From Candidatus Aminicenantes bacterium (lineage in GTDB: Bacteria; Acidobacteriota; Aminicenantia; Aminicenantales; Aminicenantaceae): DNA of 33,875 bases. A program made the translations under genes and the position numbers. The first letter of the stretch is position 1. The number at the start of each line of letters is the position of its first letter. The notes beneath the pieces are model-generated. The model saw nothing but the letters and a program-made list of their open reading frames with translations, was not told where the DNA came from and ran no database searches. Below are positions 10,663-19,726 of the stretch, in pieces. The stretch covers positions 1 through 33,875 of the forward strand of contig JAUXEH010000002.1 of NCBI GenBank assembly GCA_030620655.1, written 5' to 3'.

Positions 10663-10842
10663 GGGGAGGGTCGCTGATCGCTCGAAATGTTCATGCTGTT
10701 GGTGGGGTGGGAATAATTGAGGGGGAGGCAAATTACGGGGCTGCCTCCCAGCTGTGAGGAGGGTGGGAAAATTGGTGGGGAGGGTCGCTGATCGCTCGAA
10801 ACGTTCATGCTATTGGTGGGGTGGGAATAATTGAGGGGGAGG
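10663..10842 (+). repeat. Two copies of a 66-bp G-rich direct repeat (period 114 bp) plus a third copy of the G-rich module in the spacer
   Basis: 10663-10728 and 10777-10842 differ only at 10688/10802 (t/c) and 10698/10812 (g/a). A third G-rich module lies at 10761-10784. Confidence 0.9.
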
Positions 10843-10854
10843 GACTGGAAGGCC

Positions 10855-10883
10855 TTGACAAGTACGGGGAGTTGGCCTAGTCT
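10855..10883 (+). promoter_or_regulatory. Sigma70-like promoter TTGACA-N17-TAGTCT for the DUF2085 gene
   Basis: TTGACA at 10855-10860, a 17-nt spacer, TAGTCT at 10878-10883, about 40 nt upstream of the ATG at 10926. Confidence 0.45.
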
Positions 10884-10925
10884 GAGGCCGTGCTGAACAC
10901 GGACCCTCACAGGGAAGATTTCCGC

Positions 10926-11426
10926 ATGTCAGAGGCACCCGGAGCCGCCTCGCAATGGGTCGTCGGAGCCGTGATAGCGGGCGTTCTGGTGTCCCTATCG
11001 ATTTGGATCGCACTCATCTCCCTGGCTCCATATCTCAGGTCGATCGGGTCGCCATGGAACTCTCTGGTCTACGCTGTATTCGCCCCCACCTGTCATCAGA
11101 TCGATACCCGCTGCCTGCATATCTTCGGATTCCCCATGGCCGTGTGCGCCCGCTGCCTGGGAATATACCTGGGCTTCCTGTGCGGCACCTGCCTTTTTCC
11201 CTGGCTGGGCCCAGTGCCCTCAAGGCTGCCCGGGCCGCGGACATTCGTTATCTTCACCCTGCCTATCGCATTGGATACGGCCGGCAATATGCTGGCTCTG
11301 TGGCAGACGCCTTCCCCACTCCGGTTGGCCTTGGGCATTTTCTGGGGCCTAATCCTCCCCTATTACCTGGTCCCCGGCCTGGCGGACCTCCTGGGAAGAC
11401 GCACACGAATATTTTGCTTGAAATGA
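10926..11426 (+). CDS. DUF2085-family integral membrane protein
   Basis: Multi-pass hydrophobic protein with the conserved Cys pattern CHQ...RC...AVCARCLG. The ORF opens at 10890; the ATG at 10926 was chosen as start. Confidence 0.7.
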   Translation: MSEAPGAASQWVVGAVIAGVLVSLSIWIALISLAPYLRSIGSPWNSLVYAVFAPTCHQIDTRCLHIFGFPMAVCARCLGIYLGFLCGTCLFPWLGPVPSRLPGPRTFVIFTLPIALDTAGNMLALWQTPSPLRLALGIFWGLILPYYLVPGLADLLGRRTRIFCLK

Positions 11427-11473
11427 ACCTCACTAAACAATAGAATAGGACAAACTTTGGTGGAGCAAGCCTG

Positions 11474-11977
11474 ATGAACAATCAAAGACCGGGGATGTTT
11501 ATGCCCGCCCTGATCGGGGGGGCGATAGCCGGCATCCTCACGGGAATTCCGCTGGTCAACTGTTTCTGCTGTCTCTGGATCGTGGGGGGCGGGGCCATCG
11601 CCGCCTATTTCCTGATCAAAGACTCGACCGTGGAGCTTAAGGCCGGTGACGGGGCCATCGTCGGCATCTTTACCGGCATGGTGGCTGCGGTCGCCGCCTT
11701 TTTGATCAGTATTCCCCTGGCTCCCCTGGATAGCGCCATCGCGCGCAGCATGATGGATTGGGCTGCCGAATACACAGACCAGATGCCCGAATTCTGGGAA
11801 TCGCTGATGCAGGGCGAGGGTTTAGAATCTTCTTTTCCCTTCATGGCGCTGGAGTTTTTTATCAACATCGTGGTCTTTTCCGCCCTGGGGGCCCTGGGAG
11901 GGATCATAGGGATCTCGCTGTTCAAGAAGAAAACCGCTCCGCCCGCACAGGGGGTGATCGATGTTCCTAAAGACTAA
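11474..11977 (+). CDS. Hypothetical multi-pass membrane protein
   Basis: 167 aa with four or more hydrophobic segments and Gly/Ala-rich helices. No recognisable family. GGTGGAG lies upstream of the ATG. Confidence 0.6.
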   Translation: MNNQRPGMFMPALIGGAIAGILTGIPLVNCFCCLWIVGGGAIAAYFLIKDSTVELKAGDGAIVGIFTGMVAAVAAFLISIPLAPLDSAIARSMMDWAAEYTDQMPEFWESLMQGEGLESSFPFMALEFFINIVVFSALGALGGIIGISLFKKKTAPPAQGVIDVPKD

Positions 11978-12917
11978 GTCCAGACTGAGACCTCAGATCA
12001 TCATCAATCCTGAATCCGATAAGGGCCGGACAGGAAAGAGATGGAAATACATCAAGGAAGCCCTGCGTACCATTTTTAACGAATATCGCTACGAATTCAC
12101 GGAAAAACCTTTCCATGCCACTGAGATCTCCAGGTCGGCCATCATGGACGGCACCGAGCTCATCGTGGGCATCGGCGGCGATGGGACCATGAATGAAATC
12201 GCAAATGGTTTCTTTGAAAACGACCGCATCCTGAATCCCGATACAGCCCTGGGCGTTGTCCCTTCGGGGACCGGGTCCGACCTGAGCCGGAGCCTGCGCA
12301 TTCCTCAGAGCCTCCGAAAAGCCCTGGAACTTATCACAGAGGTGCCTTCCCATGACATCGATGCCGGCAAGGTCACGTTCTGTGATCACAGCGGTGCTGA
12401 GTGTGAACGGTTTTTTTTAAACATATCCGACTTCGGGATCGGGGGGGAAGTTGTCCGTCACATGAACCTGAAAAAGATGGAGAAAAAAAAATCTTCCTAT
12501 CTCAGGAGCACGATCTCCACTTTTATACAGTATAGGATGAAAAGGCTCCGGATCAATGTCGATGGGAGGGACCTGCCTGAAGGTGAATACATGATGGGCG
12601 CCATCGCCAACGGACAGATATTCGGTAGAGGGATGAAAGCCGCCCCCGATGCGCAGCTGGATGACGGGCTGTTCGACCTGCTGCTGGTCAAGGGCATGAA
12701 GCTGATAGAGTTCCTCCGCACGGTGCGGCGCCTGTACTCCGGGACCCATCTCCCCCATCCCAAGATAGATCTCCTGCGCTGTAAGGCAGTTGAGGTCACC
12801 TCAGCGATAGACATCGGTCAGGAGGTTTACATCGAGGTGGACGGTGAGCAGGTCGGCAAGGTCCCTGCCCGTTTTGAGATACTGCCCCAGTGCTTTCCCA
12901 TCAAAGCCAACCTCTAA
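11961..12917 (+). CDS. Diacylglycerol/lipid kinase family protein (YegS/BmrU-like)
   Basis: 318 aa with the DAGK catalytic-domain signature GIGGDGTMNEIANG. Overlaps the upstream gene by 17 nt. Confidence 0.85.
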   Translation: MFLKTKSRLRPQIIINPESDKGRTGKRWKYIKEALRTIFNEYRYEFTEKPFHATEISRSAIMDGTELIVGIGGDGTMNEIANGFFENDRILNPDTALGVVPSGTGSDLSRSLRIPQSLRKALELITEVPSHDIDAGKVTFCDHSGAECERFFLNISDFGIGGEVVRHMNLKKMEKKKSSYLRSTISTFIQYRMKRLRINVDGRDLPEGEYMMGAIANGQIFGRGMKAAPDAQLDDGLFDLLLVKGMKLIEFLRTVRRLYSGTHLPHPKIDLLRCKAVEVTSAIDIGQEVYIEVDGEQVGKVPARFEILPQCFPIKANL

Positions 12918-13501
12918 TCTTTCTTTTTGCGCCTGGCCAGGTGCCGCTGGTAGCTCAGATAGTCGTTGGTGAGCACGGTACGGCCCTTCTCGTCCACATA
13001 CCGGTAGATCTCGCTGCTGCTCGTGATGATGCTCTTTCTGTATCCGCTCCGCTTGATCTTGCCGATGTAATCGATGGTCTCCCTGTAGGGGGGTATGCCC
13101 CCATACTTTGCTACCGCGGACTGTCCCGCATTATAGGCCGCAAGTACCAGGTTGGTGTTGCGTTCGTAGAGATTCATGAGGTCCCTGAGATATTTCACGC
13201 CCCCTTCTATATTCTCCGTGGGATCGAATACGTCTTCCACGCCGTACTGCCGGGCCGTAGCGGGCATGAGCTGCATCAGGCCCATGGCCCCTTTGCTGGA
13301 TACGGCCTTCGGGTTGTAATCGGATTCCACCTTTATGATGGAGTGGATGAGCTCGGCCGGTACCCCGTATTCCCGAGCCATGACCGTGACGATCCCATTG
13401 TATTCGGCTTTCGAGCCCTGGACGGCCTGCAGCGGGTATGCGCCTGCCAGTAAGGCTAAGCCCAGCCCCAGAACATAATCCTGCAGGGTGCGTTTCCTCA
13501 T
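12914..13501 (-). CDS. Lytic transglycosylase (SLT domain), secreted
   Basis: SLT catalytic motif ESDYNPKAVSSKGAMGLMQLMP. The signal peptide starts at MRKRTLQDYVLGLGLALLAGA (ATG 13501). The ORF also opens at 13546, in an ATGA overlap with the alaS stop. Confidence 0.8.
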   Translation of the reverse strand: MRKRTLQDYVLGLGLALLAGAYPLQAVQGSKAEYNGIVTVMAREYGVPAELIHSIIKVESDYNPKAVSSKGAMGLMQLMPATARQYGVEDVFDPTENIEGGVKYLRDLMNLYERNTNLVLAAYNAGQSAVAKYGGIPPYRETIDYIGKIKRSGYRKSIITSSSEIYRYVDEKGRTVLTNDYLSYQRHLARRKKKD

Positions 13502-13542
13502 GGTCCCTCTGAGCGGAATTCTGACAAATTCACGCGGACAAA

Positions 13543-16188
13543 TCAATCCCCCTTAGGGGTGATTTTAACCGCCGCATAGACCTCCTGCAGGGAGCGTTCC
13601 AGTCCCTGCGGCTGCGAACCCCCGGCCTGGGCGAAATCGGCTCTCCCGCCGCCTCCCCCTTTTACCAGAGGGGCGATCCTGCGGATGATATCATCGGCCC
13701 TGACCCGCGCCATCAGGTCTTTGGTGACGGCCGCGACCAGCATCGCCTTACCCTGGCTCTCGGCCCCCAGGACCACCACTCCCGAACCCAGCCTCTGCCT
13801 GAGGACATCGGCCAGGTCACGCAGCTCCGACATGTCCAACCCCTCCACCCTTTTCGTGAGCACGGGAATCCCACCCACGTCCCTGATCTCTTCCTTTTCC
13901 TCCTGAAAATCCCGATTGACGATCTTATGCCGGAGGGATTTCAGTTCTTTTTCGCTCTCTTTCAGCGCCTTTTTCAGTCTTTCCAGCTGGGACAGGAGGT
14001 CCGGGCGAGCTGAGCTCAGGGAGGTCTGCACATCCTCCAGCAGGTCTTCGTTCTCCTGAACATGGCGCAGGGCTGCTTCCCCGGTAACCGCCTCAATGCG
14101 CCGCATCCCCGCCGCGATGCTGCTCTCGGACAGGATCTTGAAGAGCCCGATCTCCCCGGTGTTATGGGCATGCACGCCTCCGCACAGCTCGCGGCTGAAT
14201 CCATCGATCACGACAACACGAACCTGTTCCCGGTATTTTTCCTCGAAGATAGCCATGGCTCCGGAAGCGATGGCCTCTTCCAGTGAGGTCACCTCGCTAT
14301 GGACCGGGATGGCATCCTGCACCTTGCCGTTCACCAAGACCTCGATGCCGTGCCTTTCGCTGAGGCTCAGAGGGGAAAAATGGGTGAAATCGAAGCGGAA
14401 CCTGTCATGGGCCACCAGAGATCCGGCCTGCTTGACATGGTCGCCCAGGATCTGACGGAGCGAGGCATGCAGGAGGTGCGTGGCGGTGTGGTTCTTACGA
14501 ATGGCCTGCCGTTTGGAGCTATCCACTGCCGCCTCCACATGGTCATTCACCCGGATGCTCCCGGATAAAACTCGGACCTTGTGCGCGATGAGACCCGGCA
14601 GGGGCGCCTCGGTGTTCTCTACCAGGGCGGAAAAATGCGGGTTCTTCAAAAAGCCGCTGTCCCCGACCTGTCCGCCGGCTTCCGCATAGAACGGCGTCTC
14701 CTTCAGGAAGACCTCGCCCGTTTCCCCTTCCCTGAGCTCCTCGACCTGGGCGCCTGCTTTCATCAGCGCGATCACTACGGCGCCGGAAATTTTATCGAGA
14801 TCATATCCCACAAAACTGGTACTGAGGCTTTTGAGAGGCTCGTAAGCCTTTATCTCCTTCTGACGGTCCCCGCCCTTCCAGGACAGGCGCGCCCGTTTCC
14901 GCTGGCCCTCCAGTTCAGCCTGAAATCCGGGCTCATCCACCGTCATGCCCTCCTCCCCGGCCAACTCCCGGGTTAGGTCGAGGGGGAAGCCGAAGGTGTC
15001 ATGCAGTTTGAAAACCTTGTCGCCCGGAATCGAGGACCGGCCCGATTGGCGTGTCGCGGCCGCATACTGCTGGAAGACCTTGAGTCCGGAGGTCAAGGTG
15101 GAGGCGAAGCGGTGCTCTTCGGATCGGCAGACATTGGAGATAAAGGAGGCGGAGGTCAGGAGCTCAGGGTAGGCATCCTTCATGATGTCGGCGACCACGC
15201 CCACCAGGTTATAGAGGAAAGGTTCCTCCAATCCCAGAGAATTTCCGGCGCGGAAGGCCCGGCGGAGCAGGCGTCTCAACACATAGCCCCGTCCGTCATT
15301 GGCGGGCATGATGCCGTCCCCGATCAGGAAGGTCAGGGCACGGACGTGGTCGGCGATGATACGGACCGCGACGCCCGAATCGTCATGTGCGGGGAGCTCC
15401 CGCCCTGTCATCTCTCCCACCGCTTCTATGATCGGCAGGAACACATCGGTATCGAAGTTGCTGAGCTTCCCCTGCAGCACGGCTGCCATCCGCTCCAACC
15501 CCATGCCCGTGTCCACCGAGGGAGACGGCAAGGGTTCGATCCGGCCTTCGCTGTCCTGATTGAACTGCATGAACACCAGGTTCCAGAGTTCCACGAACCG
15601 CCCGCTTCCGGACCGGATGAGCGCTTCCGGCGCCCCCTCCTCGAAATCGGGCCCCAGGTCGTAGTGGAGCTCGGAACACGGCCCGCAGGGGCCGGTTTCG
15701 CCCATGCTCCAGTAATTGTCCTCCTTCCCTAAACGGAAGACCCGGCTCTCAGGAAGCCCCACCTCTTTCTGCCAGATGGCGTACGCCTCTTCATCCTCCT
15801 CATAGACGGTGGCATACAGGCTCGCTTCCGGCAGGCGGAAGACCTCTGTCATGAGTTCCCAGGCAAAGAAAATGGCATCCTGCTTGAAATAATCCCCGAA
15901 AGAAAAATTGCCCAGCATCTCGAAAAACGTGTGATGCTTGGTGGTCCGGCCCACGGTTTCCAGATCGTTGTGTTTGCCGCTAACACGCATGCATTTCTGC
16001 ACCGATGCGGCGCGTGCGTAGCTCCTTTTCTCGAGTCCTAGAAAGAGATTTTTAAACTGGTTCATCCCCGCATTGGTAAACAGGAGCGTGGGATCATCCT
16101 TGGGCAGCAGGGATGCGCTCTCAATGACCTTGTGCTCTTTTTGAGCAAAAAAATCCAGAAACGTTTCTCGGATAACCTGTGTTTTCAT
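13543..16188 (-). CDS. alaS: Alanine--tRNA ligase
   Basis: 881 aa with class II core (FTNAGMNQFK), editing-domain HTATHLLH, and C-terminal DHHA1 region (GGGGRADFAQAGG). Confidence 0.95.
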   Translation of the reverse strand: MKTQVIRETFLDFFAQKEHKVIESASLLPKDDPTLLFTNAGMNQFKNLFLGLEKRSYARAASVQKCMRVSGKHNDLETVGRTTKHHTFFEMLGNFSFGDYFKQDAIFFAWELMTEVFRLPEASLYATVYEEDEEAYAIWQKEVGLPESRVFRLGKEDNYWSMGETGPCGPCSELHYDLGPDFEEGAPEALIRSGSGRFVELWNLVFMQFNQDSEGRIEPLPSPSVDTGMGLERMAAVLQGKLSNFDTDVFLPIIEAVGEMTGRELPAHDDSGVAVRIIADHVRALTFLIGDGIMPANDGRGYVLRRLLRRAFRAGNSLGLEEPFLYNLVGVVADIMKDAYPELLTSASFISNVCRSEEHRFASTLTSGLKVFQQYAAATRQSGRSSIPGDKVFKLHDTFGFPLDLTRELAGEEGMTVDEPGFQAELEGQRKRARLSWKGGDRQKEIKAYEPLKSLSTSFVGYDLDKISGAVVIALMKAGAQVEELREGETGEVFLKETPFYAEAGGQVGDSGFLKNPHFSALVENTEAPLPGLIAHKVRVLSGSIRVNDHVEAAVDSSKRQAIRKNHTATHLLHASLRQILGDHVKQAGSLVAHDRFRFDFTHFSPLSLSERHGIEVLVNGKVQDAIPVHSEVTSLEEAIASGAMAIFEEKYREQVRVVVIDGFSRELCGGVHAHNTGEIGLFKILSESSIAAGMRRIEAVTGEAALRHVQENEDLLEDVQTSLSSARPDLLSQLERLKKALKESEKELKSLRHKIVNRDFQEEKEEIRDVGGIPVLTKRVEGLDMSELRDLADVLRQRLGSGVVVLGAESQGKAMLVAAVTKDLMARVRADDIIRRIAPLVKGGGGGRADFAQAGGSQPQGLERSLQEVYAAVKITPKGD

Positions 16189-17345
16189 CTATCGTCGAGC
16201 TTCTTCTCCGTTTTTTCCAACCGATCGATCTTGCTCATTTCCTTTTCCATGTCTTCCAAGGCGACATCGAGGGTCGAGCGGATCCCCATCACACGCAGCT
16301 TGAAGTTGTCGGGGCTGGAGGAGTGGCGCAGCCCCTGTTCATAAGAGATGTATCCGTCTTTGTAAAGCTGGTATATGGATTGGTCGAATGTCTGCATCCC
16401 ATACTGAGACACACCCGAGGCGATGGCATCCCGGATCATGATGCTCTTGTCCCGGTCACGTATGCATTCGGCAATGTAGGGCGTATTGATCATGACCTCT
16501 ACCGCTGGAACCCGGCCGCCTCCCTCTTTCCTTGGGATCAGTCGCATGGACACGACGGCCTTGAGGATGCTCGACAGCTGCAGGCGAATCTGACGCTGGT
16601 GATGGGGCGCGAAGACCGAGATAATACGGCTGATGGTCTCCGGCGCATCCGTGGTATGTAGCGTGCTCAGGACCAAATGCCCTGTCTCGGCCGCCAGCAG
16701 CCCGGTCTCGATGGTGTCGAGGTCCCGCATCTCTCCCACCAGGATGACGTCGGGATCCTCACGCAGCGAGGCCCTGAGGCCGCGGGAGAACGACATGACA
16801 TCCATCCCCACCTCCCGCTGACTGATGTTGCTCTGTTTGTCGCGGTGGAGGTATTCGATCGGATCCTCGATCGTGATGATGTTCTCGGTCCGGTTCTCGT
16901 TGATTTGATTGACCATGGCTGCCAGGGTGGTGCTTTTACCGGATCCGGTGGTTCCGGTGACCAGCACCAGCCCCCGCTGCTCCATGGAGATCGTTTCCAG
17001 GATCTCTGGCAGCAGGAGCTCTCTGATCGTCATGACTTCGAGCGGGATGATACGGAGCACGATGGCCATCGATCCCCGCTGCTGGTAGATGCTCCCGCGA
17101 AAGCGTCCGAATCCTGCCAGGCTGTAGGCCAGGTCCAGGTCCATTTCTTTCTTTAAAGCCTCTTTCTGGAAATCATTGGTGATCTGATCCACCAGTTCCC
17201 GGGAGTTCTCATTGCTCAGCCGAGGAAAATTGGCCAGAGCTTGAAGTTTTCCGTGAACCCGGATGAGAGGATAGTTGCCGGCTTTGATGTGCAGGTCGGA
17301 AGCATCGCTCTCGATGGCTATCTTTAACAGTTCATCAATATCCAT
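16185..17345 (-). CDS. pilT: Type IV pilus twitching-motility ATPase PilT family
   Basis: 386 aa with Walker A GTTGSGKST, Walker B/Asp box ILVGEMRD, and the PilT-type N-terminus. Carries a ~40-aa charged C-terminal extension. Its stop overlaps the alaS start (ATGA). Confidence 0.88.
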   Translation of the reverse strand: MDIDELLKIAIESDASDLHIKAGNYPLIRVHGKLQALANFPRLSNENSRELVDQITNDFQKEALKKEMDLDLAYSLAGFGRFRGSIYQQRGSMAIVLRIIPLEVMTIRELLLPEILETISMEQRGLVLVTGTTGSGKSTTLAAMVNQINENRTENIITIEDPIEYLHRDKQSNISQREVGMDVMSFSRGLRASLREDPDVILVGEMRDLDTIETGLLAAETGHLVLSTLHTTDAPETISRIISVFAPHHQRQIRLQLSSILKAVVSMRLIPRKEGGGRVPAVEVMINTPYIAECIRDRDKSIMIRDAIASGVSQYGMQTFDQSIYQLYKDGYISYEQGLRHSSSPDNFKLRVMGIRSTLDVALEDMEKEMSKIDRLEKTEKKLDDR

Positions 17346-17493
17346 GGTTCCCTCCGTCGGGGATGGTGTTTATTTTGTCGGTAACGCTATTCATATCATA
17401 AACTCGCAAAAAAACCCATGTCTCTGCTCGCACACAAGTTTAGCCTGTTTCACCGCTTTTGTCAGTTCCTTTTTCCTCTACACTCTTTTCGGC

Positions 17494-18444
17494 TCAGAGG
17501 ATTTCAACCTTCTCCCCGCAGTAGGGGCATTGGGCCGCTTTGTATGGCAGAGGTCGCCGGCAGTTCCAGCACTGGTGGTTTATGCGGCTCTCCCGGGCCT
17601 GGATACGACGCCGGATGTCTTCGATCTCGGTTTTTTGGGCATCTTTTCCCTTGAAGCGTGAGAGCTCCTTGGTGATCCCCTCCGGCGTCTGGTACCGGTT
17701 CTCGACTTTAGAGGACAGGCACCGCATGATGATGCGATCGATCTCTTTGGGGATGCTCGCGTTCCGCATGCGGGGAGGCGTGATTTTGCCCTGTTTGGCC
17801 TTTTCCAGGATCTTGAAGGGATCGGGATCGAAGATGGGCGGGCGCCCGATCAGCATCTCATAATACACACATCCGATGGAATAGATGTCGGAACGGAACG
17901 TCGCCTTGCCTTGGAACTGCTCCGGCGCCATGTAAGGCGGGGAACCGATGCGGGTGGACGCATAGGGCACGTTATTCAGCCAGACGGAAGTGCCGAAATC
18001 CGTAATCTTGACCTGTCCGTCCTTGTCCGCGAGCATGATGTTTGACGGCCTGAGATCGCGGTGCACTATCTTGTTGGCATGCGCATGACTCACTGCCGAC
18101 ACGATCTGCTGGATATACTCCGTCGCCTGGCTCCAATCCAAGACCTTCTTTTCATCCAGGACCTTTTCCAGGGAGCGTCCCTTGATGTATTCCATGACCA
18201 TGAAGAAGATCTTGTCTGTTTTTTCGGCCGCGATCATGCGGACGATGTTGGAGTGATTCAAGGCGGCCTGCAGCCGCGGCTCCTTGAGCAGCTTAAAGAG
18301 CTCGACAGTTTGCTTGTGCGGGACCTTGATGGCCACCAGGATGTTGAGCCATGTGTCCTTCGCCAAAAAAACGGCGCCGAAACCTCCGCTGCCCAGCGAA
18401 CGGATGATCTGGTATTTCCCTACTTTTTGCCCGGCTAGAAACAT
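17494..18444 (-). CDS. Hanks-type Ser/Thr protein kinase with C-terminal zinc ribbon
   Basis: GxGxxG (LGSGGFG), VAIK, HRDLRPSN, DFG and APE motifs, then C-terminal CWNC...CPYC. Confidence 0.85.
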   Translation of the reverse strand: MFLAGQKVGKYQIIRSLGSGGFGAVFLAKDTWLNILVAIKVPHKQTVELFKLLKEPRLQAALNHSNIVRMIAAEKTDKIFFMVMEYIKGRSLEKVLDEKKVLDWSQATEYIQQIVSAVSHAHANKIVHRDLRPSNIMLADKDGQVKITDFGTSVWLNNVPYASTRIGSPPYMAPEQFQGKATFRSDIYSIGCVYYEMLIGRPPIFDPDPFKILEKAKQGKITPPRMRNASIPKEIDRIIMRCLSSKVENRYQTPEGITKELSRFKGKDAQKTEIEDIRRRIQARESRINHQCWNCRRPLPYKAAQCPYCGEKVEIL

Positions 18445-18592
18445 ACTCTCATTTCCAGAATTGAATCACGAGTACCAGGCTGCAGATCGCAGCCGTATAT
18501 GCGCCAATATATCGCGTGTCTCCCGGTTTGTCCAGCCTGCTTCCGTTCCAACCAGGATCAGGAGGGTCGTTTTACGGATCACGGCGATCATG

Positions 18593-19726
18593 TCAGCGAA
18601 ACAAGTTCTTGACCCTGCTGATGCCGCCCTTTTCGGCCTCATCCAGATTCTCACCCTGCGACTCGGCAAATGCGCGGAGAATCTGCTTCTGCTTCTTGGA
18701 CATGTTACGCGGCGTTCCCACCTCGATCCGGACGAATAAGTCACCCTTACGATGATTGCTTACGTTCCGAAGGCCCTTCCCCTTGATCTTCAACACCTCT
18801 CCGGACTGTGTCCCGGTAGGGACGGTCAGGATCTCCCGGCCCTCGAAGGTGGGGATTTCCAGCTTGGTTCCCATGGCTGCCCGGGGAAACGAGATGATCG
18901 CCTGGCAGAAGAGGTTATTGTTTTCTCGGGAAAAATATTTGTGCGATTTTACGCGTATGGCCACATAGAGGTCTCCCGGAGGCCCTCCCTCGTCACCCGC
19001 ATCGCCCTCGCCCTCGACCCGGAGTTTCATCCCGGTGTCCACTCCGGCCGGGACGTTGATCTTGAAGCTTTTCTTCTCCCTCTGCTTGCCCCGTCCCTGG
19101 CAGGCCTCACAAGGAGTGGTGATGATCCGTCCCGAACCGCCGCACTGAGAGCAGGCCTTGGCGACGGCGAAAAAACCCTGCTGATATCTGACCTGTCCCC
19201 TCCCCTGGCATTGGGGGCAAGTGGATCTTTGGGTACCGGGTTTCACTCCGGTACCACGACACTCGGCGCAGTGTCGGGACCGGTTGATCTTGATCTCTTT
19301 TTCCATTCCGGAAGCGGCCTCGTCCAGGGTGATCTCCATCTGCAGGACCAGATCCCTTCCCTGCGCTGGCCCTCCGGGTCTCCTCCTGGACCGGCTTCCG
19401 AAGAGGTCGCCGAAGCCGAAGGAAAAGAAATCCCCCAGGATATCTTCGAAATCGGCGAAGATGGTGGAGTTGAATCCTGAGAACCCTCCGAATCCCTCAC
19501 CCCTAAGGCCGTCATACCCGAACCGGTCGTAGGTGGCCCGCTTCTCTGAATCGGCCAGGACGCTGTAGGCTTGGGCCGCTTCTTTGAAGTTCTCCTCGGC
19601 TACCGTGTCCCCGGGATTGCGGTCCGGATGATACTGCATGGCCAATTTACGGTAGGCCTTCTTGATCTCATCCTGGGAGCTATCACGCGCGACCCCCAAG
19701 ACTTCATAGGCATCACGCTTGCTCAT
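18593..19726 (-). CDS. dnaJ: Molecular chaperone DnaJ (type I)
   Basis: J-domain with HPD, a G/F-rich region, and four CxxCxGxG zinc-finger repeats. Canonical start MSKRDAYEVLGV at 19726; the ORF opens at 19741. Confidence 0.93.
   Translation of the reverse strand: MSKRDAYEVLGVARDSSQDEIKKAYRKLAMQYHPDRNPGDTVAEENFKEAAQAYSVLADSEKRATYDRFGYDGLRGEGFGGFSGFNSTIFADFEDILGDFFSFGFGDLFGSRSRRRPGGPAQGRDLVLQMEITLDEAASGMEKEIKINRSRHCAECRGTGVKPGTQRSTCPQCQGRGQVRYQQGFFAVAKACSQCGGSGRIITTPCEACQGRGKQREKKSFKINVPAGVDTGMKLRVEGEGDAGDEGGPPGDLYVAIRVKSHKYFSRENNNLFCQAIISFPRAAMGTKLEIPTFEGREILTVPTGTQSGEVLKIKGKGLRNVSNHRKGDLFVRIEVGTPRNMSKKQKQILRAFAESQGENLDEAEKGGISRVKNLFR

Noticed and set aside
10663-10842. CRISPR array hypothesis for the 66-bp repeats (and likewise for the 60-bp repeats at 26891-27010)
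   Set aside because: There are only two copies per locus and the units are 60-66 bp, too long for CRISPR repeats. The 27-kb locus has no spacer at all, the 10.7-kb spacer itself contains part of the repeat, and there are no cas genes in the window.
10389-10910. 173-aa minus-strand ORF containing a repeated peptide (PLNYSHPTNSMN[V/I]SSDQRPSP)
   Set aside because: The internal repeat is just the translation of the 66-bp DNA repeat. The ORF spans two divergent promoters and overlaps the 5' end of the protease gene. It is Pro/Ser/Gly-rich and low-complexity, and it has no SD. It was treated as non-coding, though Ribo-seq could overturn this.
17405-17420. T7 run (minus strand) between the kinase gene and pilT as an intrinsic terminator
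   Set aside because: I could not find a convincing GC-rich hairpin immediately preceding the U-tract. The nearby GCGAG/GCGAG sequences are direct repeats, not inverted repeats.
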